Source of the DNA: the human T2T-CHM13v2.0 reference genome, Homo sapiens
NCBI GenBank assembly: GCA_009914755.4
Contig: CP086569.2
Location: 8,352,001-8,416,000 of the forward strand
DNA length: 64,000 nt
Direction of reading: 5' to 3'
The translations under genes were made by a program, and so were the position numbers. Positions 22,635 to 35,675 of the stretch are shown here, piece after piece. Position 1 is the first letter of the stretch; each line of letters begins with the position of its first letter. The notes beneath the pieces are model-generated. The model did no database searches. It saw only the letters and a list, made by a program, of their open reading frames with translations, and was not told the DNA's origin.

Positions 22635-25030
22635 CTGAAGTTGCGGGACCCCATCCACCCCTCATCAGAATGTATTCTCACCCAATCTGATCTTATTGCT
22701 GCTCAAACTCTATGTATCAAGATGAAATCCCAAGATGATGAAGGATTGCCCCCTCATGATATGAAGCACCTGCTCAGCTGGGAAGTGAATTCAAGGTAAA
22801 TACAAGGGGGCATGCATTTAGGACTGCTAGTATCTCTCCATGTTTTGGTGCAGGAAAAAGAAACACTGGGAGATGTCTGTTTTTTTTGTTTTGTTGTGCT
22901 CCTCTTTTCTCTAGAAAAGTTGCTTTTTTTGAAGGTAAAAGTGACTTGGATGCTTGTGGGTAATGGCATGCCTCCCAAATCACCGCAGATTCATCATCAA
23001 CAGAAAAATAAAGAACATGGAGCCCTGCATCCCAAGGAGAGCCACACAGACAGGACAACAAAAGGTTTTGAGACTTAATATAAAAGAATCGCTTGAGTGA
23101 ATTAACCACATTTCTTTCGGCGGATTCTACTTACATTCACAGCAAACACACACAAACAATGCCACATACACACACACAGACCTCCATCATTCAAGGCACT
23201 TCCAGAGAGACACACAATATGGAAGCTCAGGAGGCTGCTTAGTTATGTAGGAGGCCCCACATGGGACAGAGCAACCCTGAGAAATACAGTGGGCCTGTAC
23301 CTAGAAATCACGGTGGGCAAGTTAAAAAAGATTCAAACCTACATTATCTAGGAATGAATGAGGAATCCTGTAGATCTTTTTGGATACCTAGGGATTTCAC
23401 AATTTATTACTAGGGCTCTGATTGATATTTCTTCAGAGTGGCCAACATTTGCCCTCTCCAAGAATCATGGGACTATCCTGTGGATCCCACTGAGAAGACA
23501 GGTGAGAGTCCACCACAGACACACTTCCACAGTGGTCTCCTTCTTTGCCAAGCTGAAGGGACTTGTTGCTAGGCAATGATGACATTAATTGTGATGCTAT
23601 CCAGAGCTCACAGTCAGGCCAAGTGCCCTGAGATTAGTGTGTGTGCATTTGTGTGGCAGACTTAGGCACCTGTCTGTCAGAACTGTAAGCCTGCCTAAGC
23701 AGAGAAAAATGGTACAGTCAGAGCCAGCCTGGTATTTGGGTAAAGGCTGCCTGCAAAAATGCACTGCAGGACCCAAAACTTCTCAACCTCAGAGCCCCTT
23801 CAGGCTGTCTCCATGGCCAGGTGGTGCAGGAGGAAGAGGCATTTTGAGCCTGAGAGGAGGTTGCTGGAAACTGCTCATCTGACTCCATTCCTGAAAGAGG
23901 CTGTGTAGAAGAATCCACTCCCATGAAGATTGGAATCTAGTCAGGTGTATTACTGAAGGTTCTTTGGGTGATAGAATCATACCTGATACCCCAGATGCTG
24001 ATGTCAGTGAAAAATGGCCAGACTCTTGACCTCACTGCCTCCTTGCATCCAGGGCCTCGCAGAGGCTCTTTCGGGAAGGCAGGAACCATGACAAAAGCAT
24101 ATCAAAGGCTGCGTGTGATAATGGCAAGCCTGGAAAGGGAGTCCAGTTGTGCTGTTGAGAGGCACTGTGTAATCCCCAGGAAAACAAAGAAAAATCAAGG
24201 CTCACCTGAGAGAATGATCTGCCTTGTTCTTAAGTCCAAGAAACGTTCAATGATTCCTATCAGAGGAACAAAAACCCCTTGCAAATTGCAAACAACCTCA
24301 ATCTCTCAACGTGTCAAAGACCCACAACCTGTAAGGCAGCCAGCCTACCTGAAGTCCCTTTTGCTCTCTGAAATCCCTGGCAGCTACATAATCTGTGGTG
24401 AGAGGCAGTCCCATCCAGCAACAACTCAATGAAAGAGCCCCTCCACAATGAGAGGACCATGAAGATGAATGAAACAGAGGCTAGATTACCTGATAAAAGC
24501 TAGAAACAGCTGCCTGCTTCTCATCCTAAAGGAATCATGCCACCCTCCAATAGAAGTGGAAGAACAAGTTTATTTGTTGATGGCTCTAATGGAAAGTTAT
24601 GGTTGTAAATATATCAAAGCTTCCCAGTCATTAAAACGTGATAGTGTTTACAAAAAAACACTCACACAATAGATTCCCATGAGGGTCGTTCTCCATGAAC
24701 TGGGAAATGTTTATTGTGGAAGTTGCTGAGCCAGATCCAGGAAACCCTATGTCGATGAGGAACATGGAAGTCAGGAAAAGAACAGGCAAGTGTAGAGGCC
24801 ACACCCAACCTAGCATCAGTCTTTTCCACTCATTTTTGGCTCCGAGTATGAAAGCCCTCAATTTGGGATTTTGCCAGGATAGCCTCAGTTTGCCCTCCAA
24901 ATATTCCTGGCACATTGGAGTACTCCCATGTGAGAACAGGGCCAAGATATAAACTGCTTGTGCGATTCAGGCAATGTGGGGATGGAGTTGGAAGAAACTT
25001 CTTTGTTGTTTGTCCTTACTTTTTTTTCAG
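22635..25030 (+). repeat. Unit U7 (~2396 bp)
   Basis: Boundary motif ..ttttgtttttgcag|CTGAAGTTGCGGGACCCCATCCACCCCTCATCAG. Confidence 0.65.
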
Positions 25031-27405
25031 ATAATGTTGTGAGGCCCCGTTTACCCCTCAAGAGATTCTATTATCACCTGTGTCTGACATTATTGCAGCT
25101 CACACTCAATGTCCCTGGATGAAATCCCAAGACAATGGAGGGGTACTGCCTTAAGACATGAAGACCCTGCTCGGCTGGGACCTGAATTCAAGGTAAATTC
25201 AAGGGCCCTTCATACAAGACTGCAAGTTTTCTTCCCTCAGTAGTCCACAGAACAATGAAATGTTGGGAGATGTCTGTTATTTTGGTGTGGTATGCTCCTC
25301 TTCTTCCTAGAAGAGTGGCTTTTTTTTGCAGCGGCAGGTGATTTGGACGCTTGTGGTTTCGGCATGCCTCCAAATTCACTGCAGGTTAATGATCCACAGA
25401 AAAATAAAGAACATGGGGTCCCAAAGCCTAAGCAAACCCACACAGAGAGGCCATCAGAAGTTTTGGATATACGAAAAAAAAAAAAGGCTGAAGTGTGTTA
25501 GACACATTTCTTTAAGGAGACTCCACTTACAGGCACACACAGAAACACACACACACACACACACAATGCCACACACACAGGCAAACATCCAACACTCACA
25601 ACACTCCCACAGAAACACACAGATCGGCAGCTCCTGAGGCTGCCTGGTCCTGCAGAAAGCCCTACCGTGGGGAGAACAACCCCGGGGAACACAGGCGGGC
25701 TATACCTAGAAATCACAGTGGGGCAAGTTTTAAAAAGACTCAACCCTACAACCTCTAAGCAGGCCTTAGGAATCCTGTAGATTGTTTTGGATCCTTAGGG
25801 ATTTTGCGGTTTATTCATGAATCTGTGCTTCACGTTTCTTCAGGCTGGCTCACATCTGCCCTATCCTGGAATCATGAGAGTATGTCGTAGATCCCTCAGA
25901 GAAGACAAGCGAGAATTCACCACCGACTCACCTCCACGGATGTCTTCTCTGCCAAGCCGCCTGGACTTGTCACTAGGCAATGATGACATTCATTATGATG
26001 GTGGTCAGAGCTCACCATCAGGCCTGGTGCCCTGAGGCTGGCACAAATGCATCCATCATGCAGGCTCAGGTGCCTGGATTTCAGAACTCTCATCCTGCCT
26101 AAGCAGAAAAATATATGGTACAGGCAGAGCTGGTCTGGTTTTGGGAAAAAAAGGCTTTCTGTGAAAACCCTCTGCGGGGCTCTAAAATTGCCTACCTCAA
26201 GACCCTTTTGTGTCATGTCTGTGGTCGGGTTCCGCTGAAGAAGGAGGCATTTGGAGGCTGTGAGTTGGTCACTGATCTTCTGACTCCATTCCTGAAAGAG
26301 GCAGTGTGCAAGAAATAGGTCCCATGGGGATTGGAATACTGTCTGGTATTGTTTAGGGCTCTTTGGGAGATAGAATCATACCTGAGACCCAGAGGCTGAC
26401 ATCAGCAAACAATGGCTGGGCTCTTGACCTCACTGCCTCTCTTCCTCCTGGGCCTTGCAGTGGCCCTCTGGGAAAGGCAGGAGCCATGACAATAGCAAGA
26501 GCAAGTTGGAACAGTGTTTTCACACCACAGACTCGCCTCTCACAGGTGTATATCAGGTTCAGACAGTGTCTCAGAGGACGTCTTTTGCGATGACATGCTT
26601 GAAAACAGTGTCCAGTATTGCCAATGAGGGTCACTGTGGATTGCCTGTGAAGGTAAAGAAAAATTATGGCTCACCTGAGAGAATGAGCTGCCTTTGCTGG
26701 ATTCCCGGCAACGTTCAATGATCCTGATTAGATTACCCAAAAGCCTCTTGCAAATTGCAAATAACCTCAGCCCTTACAATGAGATAATGACTTTTAACCT
26801 GGGGAACAGCCAGCCTAATTGAAGTTTCCTTTGTTCTGAAATCCCTGGCACCTAAATAGTCTTTGGTGAGAGGCAGTTCCATCTAGCAAAAGCCCAATGA
26901 AAGAGGTCCTCCACAACGCAAAGGCCACACAGATGAAAAGAAACAGAGGATAAATTACCCTGCAAAAGCCAAACACAGCACTGTTTTAGACATATCAAAG
27001 CTGTCCAGGAATTAAAACGTGACAGTGTTTAGAAGAAAACACTTACACAATGGCTACCCATGAGGGTCGTTCTCCATGAACTAGGAAATGTTTAGTGTGA
27101 AAGTCATTGAGCCAGGCTCAGAAAAGCCTAGACTGATGAGGAAAATAGAAGTCAGAAAAAGATGAGGCAAGTGTAGAGACCACATCTTACCCAGTATCAA
27201 TCCACTCCACTACCCTCTGCTACCAGGTATAAAAGCCCTCATATCAGAGGATGGCCCCAATATGCAACTCAAATGATTCTTGCACGTTGGAGTATTCCCA
27301 CCTCAACTCTGGGCCATGGTGTGGACTGCTTGTGCAATTAAGGGAATGTGGGAATGGGGTTGGAAGTGTCTTCTCTGTCATCTGTCCTCATTTCTTTTTT
27401 TGCAA
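25031..27405 (+). repeat. Unit U8 (~2375 bp)
   Basis: Boundary motif ..tttttttcag|ATAATGTTGTGAGGCCCCGTTTACCCCTCAAGAG; (CA)n at 25545-25565. Confidence 0.65.
25545..25565 (+). repeat. (AC)n microsatellite
   Basis: acacacacacacacacacaca. Confidence 0.9.
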
Positions 27406-29863
27406 GTGAAGCTGCAAGACCTCATCCACCACTCAGGATATTGTATCCTCACCCCTATCTGTCCTCATTGCTCCTCACATTCTATGTCCCAGGATGGAAT
27501 CCCAAGGCGATGGAGGAATACCACCTCATGATGTGAAGCACCTGCTCTGCTGGGGATAGAATTCGAGTTAAATTCAAGAGCCCCTGTGGAGAGGACTGCT
27601 ACTGTCTCTCCCTGGCTTGGCTGAAGGACAATGAAACACTGGGATATGTTTGTTATTTTGTGTGTTGTGCTCCTTTTCTTCCTAGGAGAGTGGCTTCTTT
27701 TGCAGGGAGAGGTGACTAGGACGTCGGCGGGTCTTGGCACACCCCTCCTTTCACTTCAGATTCATGATTCATGGTAAAATAAGAATGTGCCCCACAACCC
27801 AAGCACAGCCAAACAGTCAGGCCACCAAAAGGTTGGGAGATTCAAAAAAACAAAATGGAGAGCCGAAGTGCTTTAGCCATATTTCTTTAAGTGCACTCTA
27901 CTTGCAGGCACACACACACAAACACACAACACACAATGCCACATACACAGGCAGATATCCAACACTCACAACACTCCACAGAAACAAATAGGCCTGCAGT
28001 TCCTGAGGTTTTGTGGTTCTGCAGAAAGCCCCAACTGGGAAAGAGCAACCCCAGGAAGAACAGGAGGGATGTATCTAGAAATCACAGTGGGACAAGTTTC
28101 AAGAAGACTCACCATGACAATGTCTAGGCAGCCTGAGGAATCCTGCAGATTATTTTGGACCCTTAGAAATTTCACATTTTATTCCTGAGGCTGTGCTTGA
28201 TGTTTCTTCAGGTTGTCTCATGTCTGCCCTCCCCTAGAATCATGGAACTATCTTATGGATCTCATAAAGAAGATGGACAAAAGCCCACCACCAACCCACC
28301 TCCATGGTGTTCTTCTTCACCAAGACCAACGGACTTGTCTCTAGGCAACGATGACATTCATTGTGATGCTAGACACAGCTCAGAATCAGGCCTGGGGCCC
28401 TGAGAATATGCATGCCAATTCATGAAGAAGTCAGGGTACCTGACTATCAGAGCTGTCAGCCTGTCTAAGCAGAGGAAAATGGTACAGGCAGAGCTGGCCT
28501 GTTATCAGAAAAAAGCTGTCGGTCAAAACCCATCCCGGGATCCTAAAATTTTTTACCTCAGGGCGCCTTTGTGCCTTCTCAGTGGTGAGGTCTTACTGGA
28601 GGAGGAGGCATTTCAAGACTGACAAAGTCACTGAAAACTGCTTTTCTGACTCCATTCCTGAAAGAGGGTGTATGAAAGAATTTCCCATGGAAATTGGATT
28701 AAGGCTGGAGTGTTGTTTAGAATTCTCTGGGTGATAGAATCATATCTGAGACCCCAGAGGTGGGTGTCAGAGAAAGATGGTCGGACTCTTGACCTCACTG
28801 CCTCCCTTCATGCTGAGACTCACAGGGTTTCTCTGGGAAAGGCAGGAACCACGACAAAGGCACATCCTGGGTGGAGCAGTGTTCTCACACCTTGAACTGG
28901 CCTCTCAAGGATGCATATGGAGTTGAGGCAGAACCTCAGTGGCCATCTGTGGCCATTGCAAGCCTGAAAGGGATGTCCAGTAGTGCTGTTGAAGGGCAAT
29001 TTTGACCCCCAATAAAAGTAAAGAAAAATCAAGGCTCACCTGAAAGAAGAAGGTAAATTGTGCTGGAGTGCAAGTAATATTCAAAGACTACTGTCAGAAT
29101 ACACAAAATCTTCCTTCAAAGTGCAAACTACCCTAGCTTCCACAATGAGATCATGAATGACAAAAGTGCAGCAAGCCTACTCAAAGTCCCTTTCTCACCT
29201 GGAAATCCCTGGCAGCCAAAAGATCTGTGGTAAGAGGCAGTCCCATCCAGCCACTATCCAGTGAAAGACTCCCTCCACAATAAGAAAGGACTTCCAGATG
29301 AAATGGAACAGAGCCCAGAATGACAGTCAAAAGCCGGACACAACTGTCTTCTTCTCATCCTACAGGAATTCTGCAGCCCTCCAATAGAGGTAGGAGAATA
29401 AGTGTTTCCATGATGGCAGCTGTAACTGGAATTAACAGTTTCAAATGTATCACAGCTGCCAGGAAATTAAAACATGACAGTGTTAAGATGAAACACTCAT
29501 GCAATGGATTCCCATGAGAGTGTCCTCCATTAAGTGTGAAATGTTTAGTGTGGAAGACGTTGATCCAGACCCACGGACCCTAGGCCGACGAGGGACATGG
29601 AAGTCAGGAAAGAAAGAGGCAAGTGTGGAGGCCACCTCCCACCCAGCATCAATCCACCCCACTCCCATTTGGTTCCTGGTATGAAAGATCTCAGATTGGA
29701 AGTTTGCAAGATGGCCCCAGTTTATACTCCAAATGTTCCCTGCATGTTGGAGTACTCCCACCTGAACATGGAGCTGCTGTGTAGACCACTTGTACAACTA
29801 AGGCAAGGCAGGGATGCAGTTGGAAACACCATCTGTGTCATCTGTCATCACCTTTTTTGCAGG
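27406..29863 (+). repeat. Unit U9 (~2458 bp)
   Basis: Boundary motif ..tttcttttttttgcaa|GTGAAGCTGCAAGACC. Confidence 0.6.
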
Positions 29864-32289
29864 TTAATGTGTGGGACCCCAGCAACCCTCAACTGATTGT
29901 ATTCTCACCCCTATCTGACCTTATTGCTGCTCACACTCTGTCCCAGAATAAAATCCCAAGATAATGAAGAAGTGCCCCCTCATGACATGAAGCACTGCTC
30001 ACCTGGGAACTGAATTAAAGATAAATTCAGGAAGCCCTGTGGACAGAACTACTAGTGTCTCTCCCTGGTTTGGCTGTACGACAATGAAACAGTGGGAAAT
30101 GTCTGTTTTTTTGTGTGGTGTGCTCCTCTTCTTTCTAGAAGAGCAGCTTTTTTCAGCGGGAGGTGATTGGGATGCCAGCGGGTAATGGCCCACCACCCAG
30201 TTCACTGCGGATTCATGATCCACAAAAAAATAAAGAACACAGAGCCCCGTAGCCCAAGCAGAGTCACAGGCCACCAAAAGGTTGGGAGACTCAAAAGCAA
30301 GAATCGCTGAAGTGCGTCATCCATATTCCTTTAAGCAGACACCACTTACAGGTGCGTGTACACACACATACACATACATACACAAAGACACACACATATG
30401 CAGATATCCAACACTCACAACACTTTCAGAGAGTACACAGCACAGCACTTTCTTGGGTTGTGTTGTTCTGCAGGAAGCTCCACCTGGGAGGGAGCAATAC
30501 CAGGGAACACAGTAGGGCTGTATCTGGAAATCGCAGTGGGTCAAGTTTCAAAAAGATTCACCCCTACAATGTCTAGGCAGGTCTGAGGCATCTTGCAAAT
30601 CATTTTGGATTCTTAGTGATTTCCCGGTTTATTTCTAGGGCTCTGCTTGACGTTTCTTCAGGGTCTCTCATGTCTGCCCTCTCCTAGGATTGTGGGACCA
30701 ACCCAGATATCCCACAGAATAAGTAGGTGAGAGTCCACAGCCGACGCAACTCTACAAAGGTCTTTTTCTCTGCCAAGCCACAGGGACTTGTCGCTAGACA
30801 ATGGTAGCATTCATTGTGAGTCAAGCAGCGCTCACAGCTCAGGCCTGGTGTTTTGAGACTAGTGCATGGGCATTCCTGAGGCTGATTCAGGCTGTCCTGC
30901 TGTCAGAGCTGTCAGCTTGCCTAAACAGGGGAAACTGGTACAGGCAAAGCCGGCATGGTAACAGGAAAATTGCTGCCTGTGATAACCCACTGTGGGACCC
31001 TAGAAGTCATGAACTTATGGCCTCTTAGGGCTGTCTCTGTAGTCGGATATCACTGGAGAAGGAGGCATTTTGAGATTGTGTGGTGGTCATTGGAAACTGC
31101 TTGTCTAACTCAATTTTCAAAAGGGGCTGTGTGAAAACTCAGGTCCATTGGGATTAGAATGTAGTCTGTTGAGTTGTTGAGGGGTCTTTGGATGATAAAA
31201 TCAAAGCTGAGACACCAGAGGCAGGTGTCAGTGAAAGAAGGCCATACCCTTGACTTCACTTCCTCTCTTCATCCTGGATTTCACAGGGGCTCTCTAGAAA
31301 TAGCAGCATCCATGAAAAAAGCAAGTCCAAGGTAGAGCAGTCTTCTCACACCTCAAACTGGTCTCTCATGCATGCAGAAAAGGTTGAGACAGTGTTGCAG
31401 AGGACTTCTGTCATGATTACAAGCCTGAAAAATGTGTCCAGTAATGTTGTGGTACTGTAATGTTGACCAGTCATGAAAGCAAAGAAAAATCAAGGCTCAC
31501 CTGTGAGAATGAGCTGACTTGTGCTTGATTCACAGAAACATTCAAAGTTTTCTGGCAGAGAAACCGAATCCTCCTGCAACGTGCAAAGAAACTCAGCCAC
31601 TAAAAGAAGATCATGAAACACAATCTGGAAGACAGCCAACCTACCAAGATCCCTTTTGCTCCCTGAAATTTCTGGCAGCCAAAAGATCTGTTGTGAGAGG
31701 CAGTCCCATCAAGCAAAAGCTCAATGAAAGACTCCCTCCACAATGAGAAAGGTCATGCAGGGGAAGTGAAACAGAGCCTTGATTACCAGGCAAATCCAGG
31801 CATGGTTCCCTGCTACTCATCCAACAGGAATCATGAAGCCTTCCAATAAAAGTGTGAGTACAAGAGTTTCCCTGTTGGTGGCTTTAATAGGAATTTATGC
31901 TTTTAGGCAATATATAGCTGCCCAGTCATTAAAATGTGACAGTGTTTGGAAGGAAACACTCATGCAATGGACTCCCATGAGTTTGACCTCCGTGAAGTGG
32001 GAAATGTTTAGTGTGAAAGAGGTTGAGTCACACACAGGATACCCTAGGCTGATGAGGAACATGGAAGACAGGAAAAGAAGAGGCAAGTGTGGAGACCACA
32101 TCCCACTCAGCATCAGTCCATCCCACTCCCATTTGTCTGTGGGTATGAAAGCTTTCAAATCCAGAGTTTGCCAGGTCATCCCCAGCTTGCAGTCCAAATG
32201 TTTCCTGCACTTTGGAGTACTTCCAACTGACCACTGGGCTATGGAGTTGGAAGCACCTTCTATTTCATTTGTCTTCATTTTTCTTTCAG
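29864..32289 (+). repeat. Unit U10 (~2426 bp)
   Basis: Boundary motif ..ccttttttgcag|GTTAATGTGTGGGACCCC. Confidence 0.65.
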
Positions 32290-33269
32290 GTGAAATTGTG
32301 AGACCCCATGCACCTCTCAACAGACTGTGTCCTCACCAGTATCTGACCTTATATCTGCTCACACTTTATGTCCCAGGATGAAATCCCAAGATGATAAAAA
32401 GTGCTCCCCCCATCCCCAGATGTAAATCAGCTGCTCAGCTTGGAAGTGAATTCGAGGTTAATTCAAGTGGCCCTGTGGAAGGACTGCTAGTGTCTCTCCC
32501 TGGGTTGGCTGCAAGAAAATGAAACACTGGGAGATATCTGTTTTTCAGTGTGGTGTTCTCCTCTTCTTTCTAGAAGAATGGCTTTTTTCCACACAAAATG
32601 CCACACACACTCAGACATCCAACATTCATAACTCTCCTACAGAAACACACACCCAGCAGCTACTAAGGCTGCATTGTTGTGCAGGAAGCACCACCTGAGA
32701 GAGAGCCCCACAGCCCAGGCAGAGCCACACACAGAAGCCACCAAAAGGTTGAGAAATTCAAAAAAGAAGGAAGCACTGAAGTGTGTTAGCAACATTCCTT
32801 TAAGCAGACTGCACTTACAGTCACACACATACCCCCCCACACACACACTTACAATGCCACACACACAGAGACAGATATTCAACCCTCACAGCACTCAACC
32901 AGAAAGGTTGGGAGATTGAAAAAAAAAAAAGAAAGGTTGAAGTGTGTTAGCCACGTTATTTTAAGCACAGACCATTTACAGGCACACACACACACAAACA
33001 CACAATGCCCGATACATACACAGACATTCAACACTTGCAACACTCCCACAAAAGAAAATAAAGCTGGGCAGTGCCTGTGGTTGTGTGGTTCTACAGGAAT
33101 CCCAACCTGGGAGCGAGCAACCCCAAGAAACACAGGAGAACTGTACCCAGAAATCACAGTGGGGCAAGTTTCAAAAAGACTCACCCCTAGTACATCTAGG
33201 CAGGCCTGAGGATTTCTGCATATCTTTTTGCATCCTTAGGAATTTCACTGTGTGTTCCTGGAGCTGTGC
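32290..33269 (+). repeat. Unit U11a (rearranged partial unit ~0.98 kb: exon-like module, then three partial tandem copies of the (CA)n-bearing sub-segment)
   Basis: After ..gaagaatggcttttttcc (~32590) the sequence jumps to the post-(CA)n segment (32595-32705). It then restarts twice at ..ccaaaaggttgagaaattcaaaaaa.. (32706-32895 and 32896-33260). It then joins mid-way into an exon-like module (..ccccaagatgtgaatctcctgctcatctaggaaccgaattcgag|gtaag at ~33290-33345). Confidence 0.6.
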
Positions 33270-35675
33270 GTGACTCCTCCAAGCAGCTTGGAGGAGTGCA
33301 ACCCCAAGATGTGAATCTCCTGCTCATCTAGGAACCGAATTCGAGGTAAGTTCAAGTGGGCCTGTGGCCAGGACTGCTAGTGTCTCTCTCTGGGTTCCTG
33401 GGTTGGCTGAAGGAATGAATCACTAGGAGATGTCTCTTTTCTTGCGTGGTGTGCTCCTCTTTTTCTAGAAGAGTGGCTTTTTTTTTTTTCACTGGGAGGT
33501 GATTTGGAAGGCTGAGAGTCTCAGTCCACCTCCCAATTCACTGCGGATTCATGATCCACAGAAAAGTAAAGAACACGGAGCCCCACATCCCAAGCACAGC
33601 CACATTGATCACCCAACATAATGTTGGAAGGTTCAAAAGAGAAGAAGTGCTGAAGTGCATTAGCCACATTATTTTAAGCAGAGTCTACTTACAGGCACAT
33701 AGACACACACACACAGGCACACACATACAAACACACAATACCAAAAACACACACAGACATCCAACACTCACAACACTCCCTCATATAAACACACACTGGC
33801 AGTACCTAAGGCTATGTGGTTCTGCAGGAATCCCCACCAGGGAAAGAGCAGCCCCCAGAAAAACATTCGGGCTGTACCTAGAAATCACTCTAGGGCAAGT
33901 GTCAAAAAGACTCACTCCTACAACCTCTAGGCAGTTTTGAGGAATCCTGCAGATCTTTTGCATCCTTACAGATTTTGTAGTTTATTGCTGGGGCTGTACT
34001 TGACCTTTCTTCAGACTGGCTCACATCTGCCCTCTCCTAGGATCATGGGATTGTCTCAGGGATCCCACAGCAGAGACAGGCGAGAGATCAAAGCTGATGC
34101 ACCTCCACGGAAGTCTACTTCCCTGCCAAGCTGCAGGGACTTGTTGCTAGGCAACGGTGACATTTACTGTGATGCTAGCCAGAGCTTACAATCGGGCCTG
34201 GTGCCCTGAGACTAGCACGTGCACATTTGTGCGCAAGGCTTGGGGGCCAGGCGGTCAGAGCTATCAGCCTACCTAAGCAGAGGAAAATGGTACAGGCAGA
34301 GCCGACCTGGTATCAAAAAAGAGGCTGCCTGGAAAAACCTACTGTGGGACCCTAAAACTCGAACTGATGGACTATCTAGGCAGTCTCCGTGGTTGGGTCT
34401 TCCTGCAGGCAAAAGCGTTTTGTTAATGTGAGGTGGTCACAGGAAACTTCTCTTCTGACTCCATTCAAGAAAGACCTGAGTGCAAGAATTGTGTTCCAAC
34501 CAGATTGGAATACAGTTGGGAGTGTTGTTGTGGGTTATTTGGGTGACAGAATAATACCTGAGACCCCAGAGGCAGGTGTCAGTGAAAGATTAGGTCGGGC
34601 TCTTGACCTCACTTCCTCTCTTCATCCTGGGCCTCACAGCCACCCTCTTGTAATAGCAGGAACCAGGACAAAGGCAAGCTCAAGTTGGAGCAGTGTTCTC
34701 ACACCTCAGACTGGCCTCTCATGAATGCAAATTTGAGGTTGAGACAGTGTGTCAGACGCCATCTGTAGTGATGGCAAGCCTGAAAAGGGTGTTTAGTGGT
34801 GCTATTGATGGGCACTGTGGATTCACCATGAAAGCAAAGGAAAATCAATTTTTGCCAGAGAATGAGCTGCCTTGTGCTGGATCCCAAGCAATGTTCAGTG
34901 ATTCCTGTCAGAGGACCCAAAAGATTCCTGCAAAGTGCAAACAACCTCAGCCCCACAATGAGACAAGAACCCACAACCTGGAGCACTGATTTTTTTTGAA
35001 ATCTCTGAAATCCATGGCAGCTAAATAATCTGTGGTGAGAGGCAGTCCAATCTAGCAACATCCCAATGAAAGAGTCCCTTCACAATGAGAAGTCTGTGTA
35101 GATGATCTGAAACAGCCTATATTACCAGGAAAAAGCAAGATACAGTTGCCTGCTTCTCATCCTGAAGGAATCACACAGCCCTCAGATAAAAGTGGGAGAA
35201 TAAGAGTTTTCTTGTTGGTGGCTGTAACAGGAATTTATGATTTTAAAACTATCACAGCTTCCCAGTCATTAAAACTTGACAGTGCTTAGAGGAAAACACT
35301 CACACAATGGTTTCCCACAAGGATCGTTCTCTGTGAACTGGAAACTTTTAGTTTGTACATCATTGAGCCAAACCCAGGAAACACTATGCTAATAAAAAAC
35401 ATAAACATCAGAAAAGAAAGAGGCAAGTGTGGAGGTCACATCTCACCCAGCTTTAATCCATTCCACTCCCACTTGGCTCCAGTATGAAAGCTGTCAAATT
35501 GGGAATTTGCCAGGATGGCCCCAATTTCTACTCCAAATGCTCCTTGCACATTGGAATACTACCATCTGAACACCAGGCCATGGTGTGGACTGCTTGTGCA
35601 ATTAAGGGAATGTGGGGATAAGTTTGAAAGCATCTTCTGTGTCATCTGTCTTCATTTTTTTTTTTTTTTTTGCCG
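33270..35675 (+). repeat. Unit U11b (~2.4 kb, starts within the exon-like module)
   Basis: It continues colinearly with the consensus from the exon-like 3' half through ..tgcaattaagggaatgtggggataagtttgaaagcatc. Confidence 0.6.

Noticed and set aside
31779-32381. Longest ORF in the track (200 aa, + strand), plus the many 60-150 aa ORFs on both strands throughout the array
   Set aside because: They lie inside repeat units and overlap ORFs on the opposite strand. Homologous positions in other units are read in different frames or broken by stops (compare 6524..6724, 27348..27536, 54441..54653, 61472..61678). There is no codon-level conservation. They are chance ORFs in noncoding repeat DNA.
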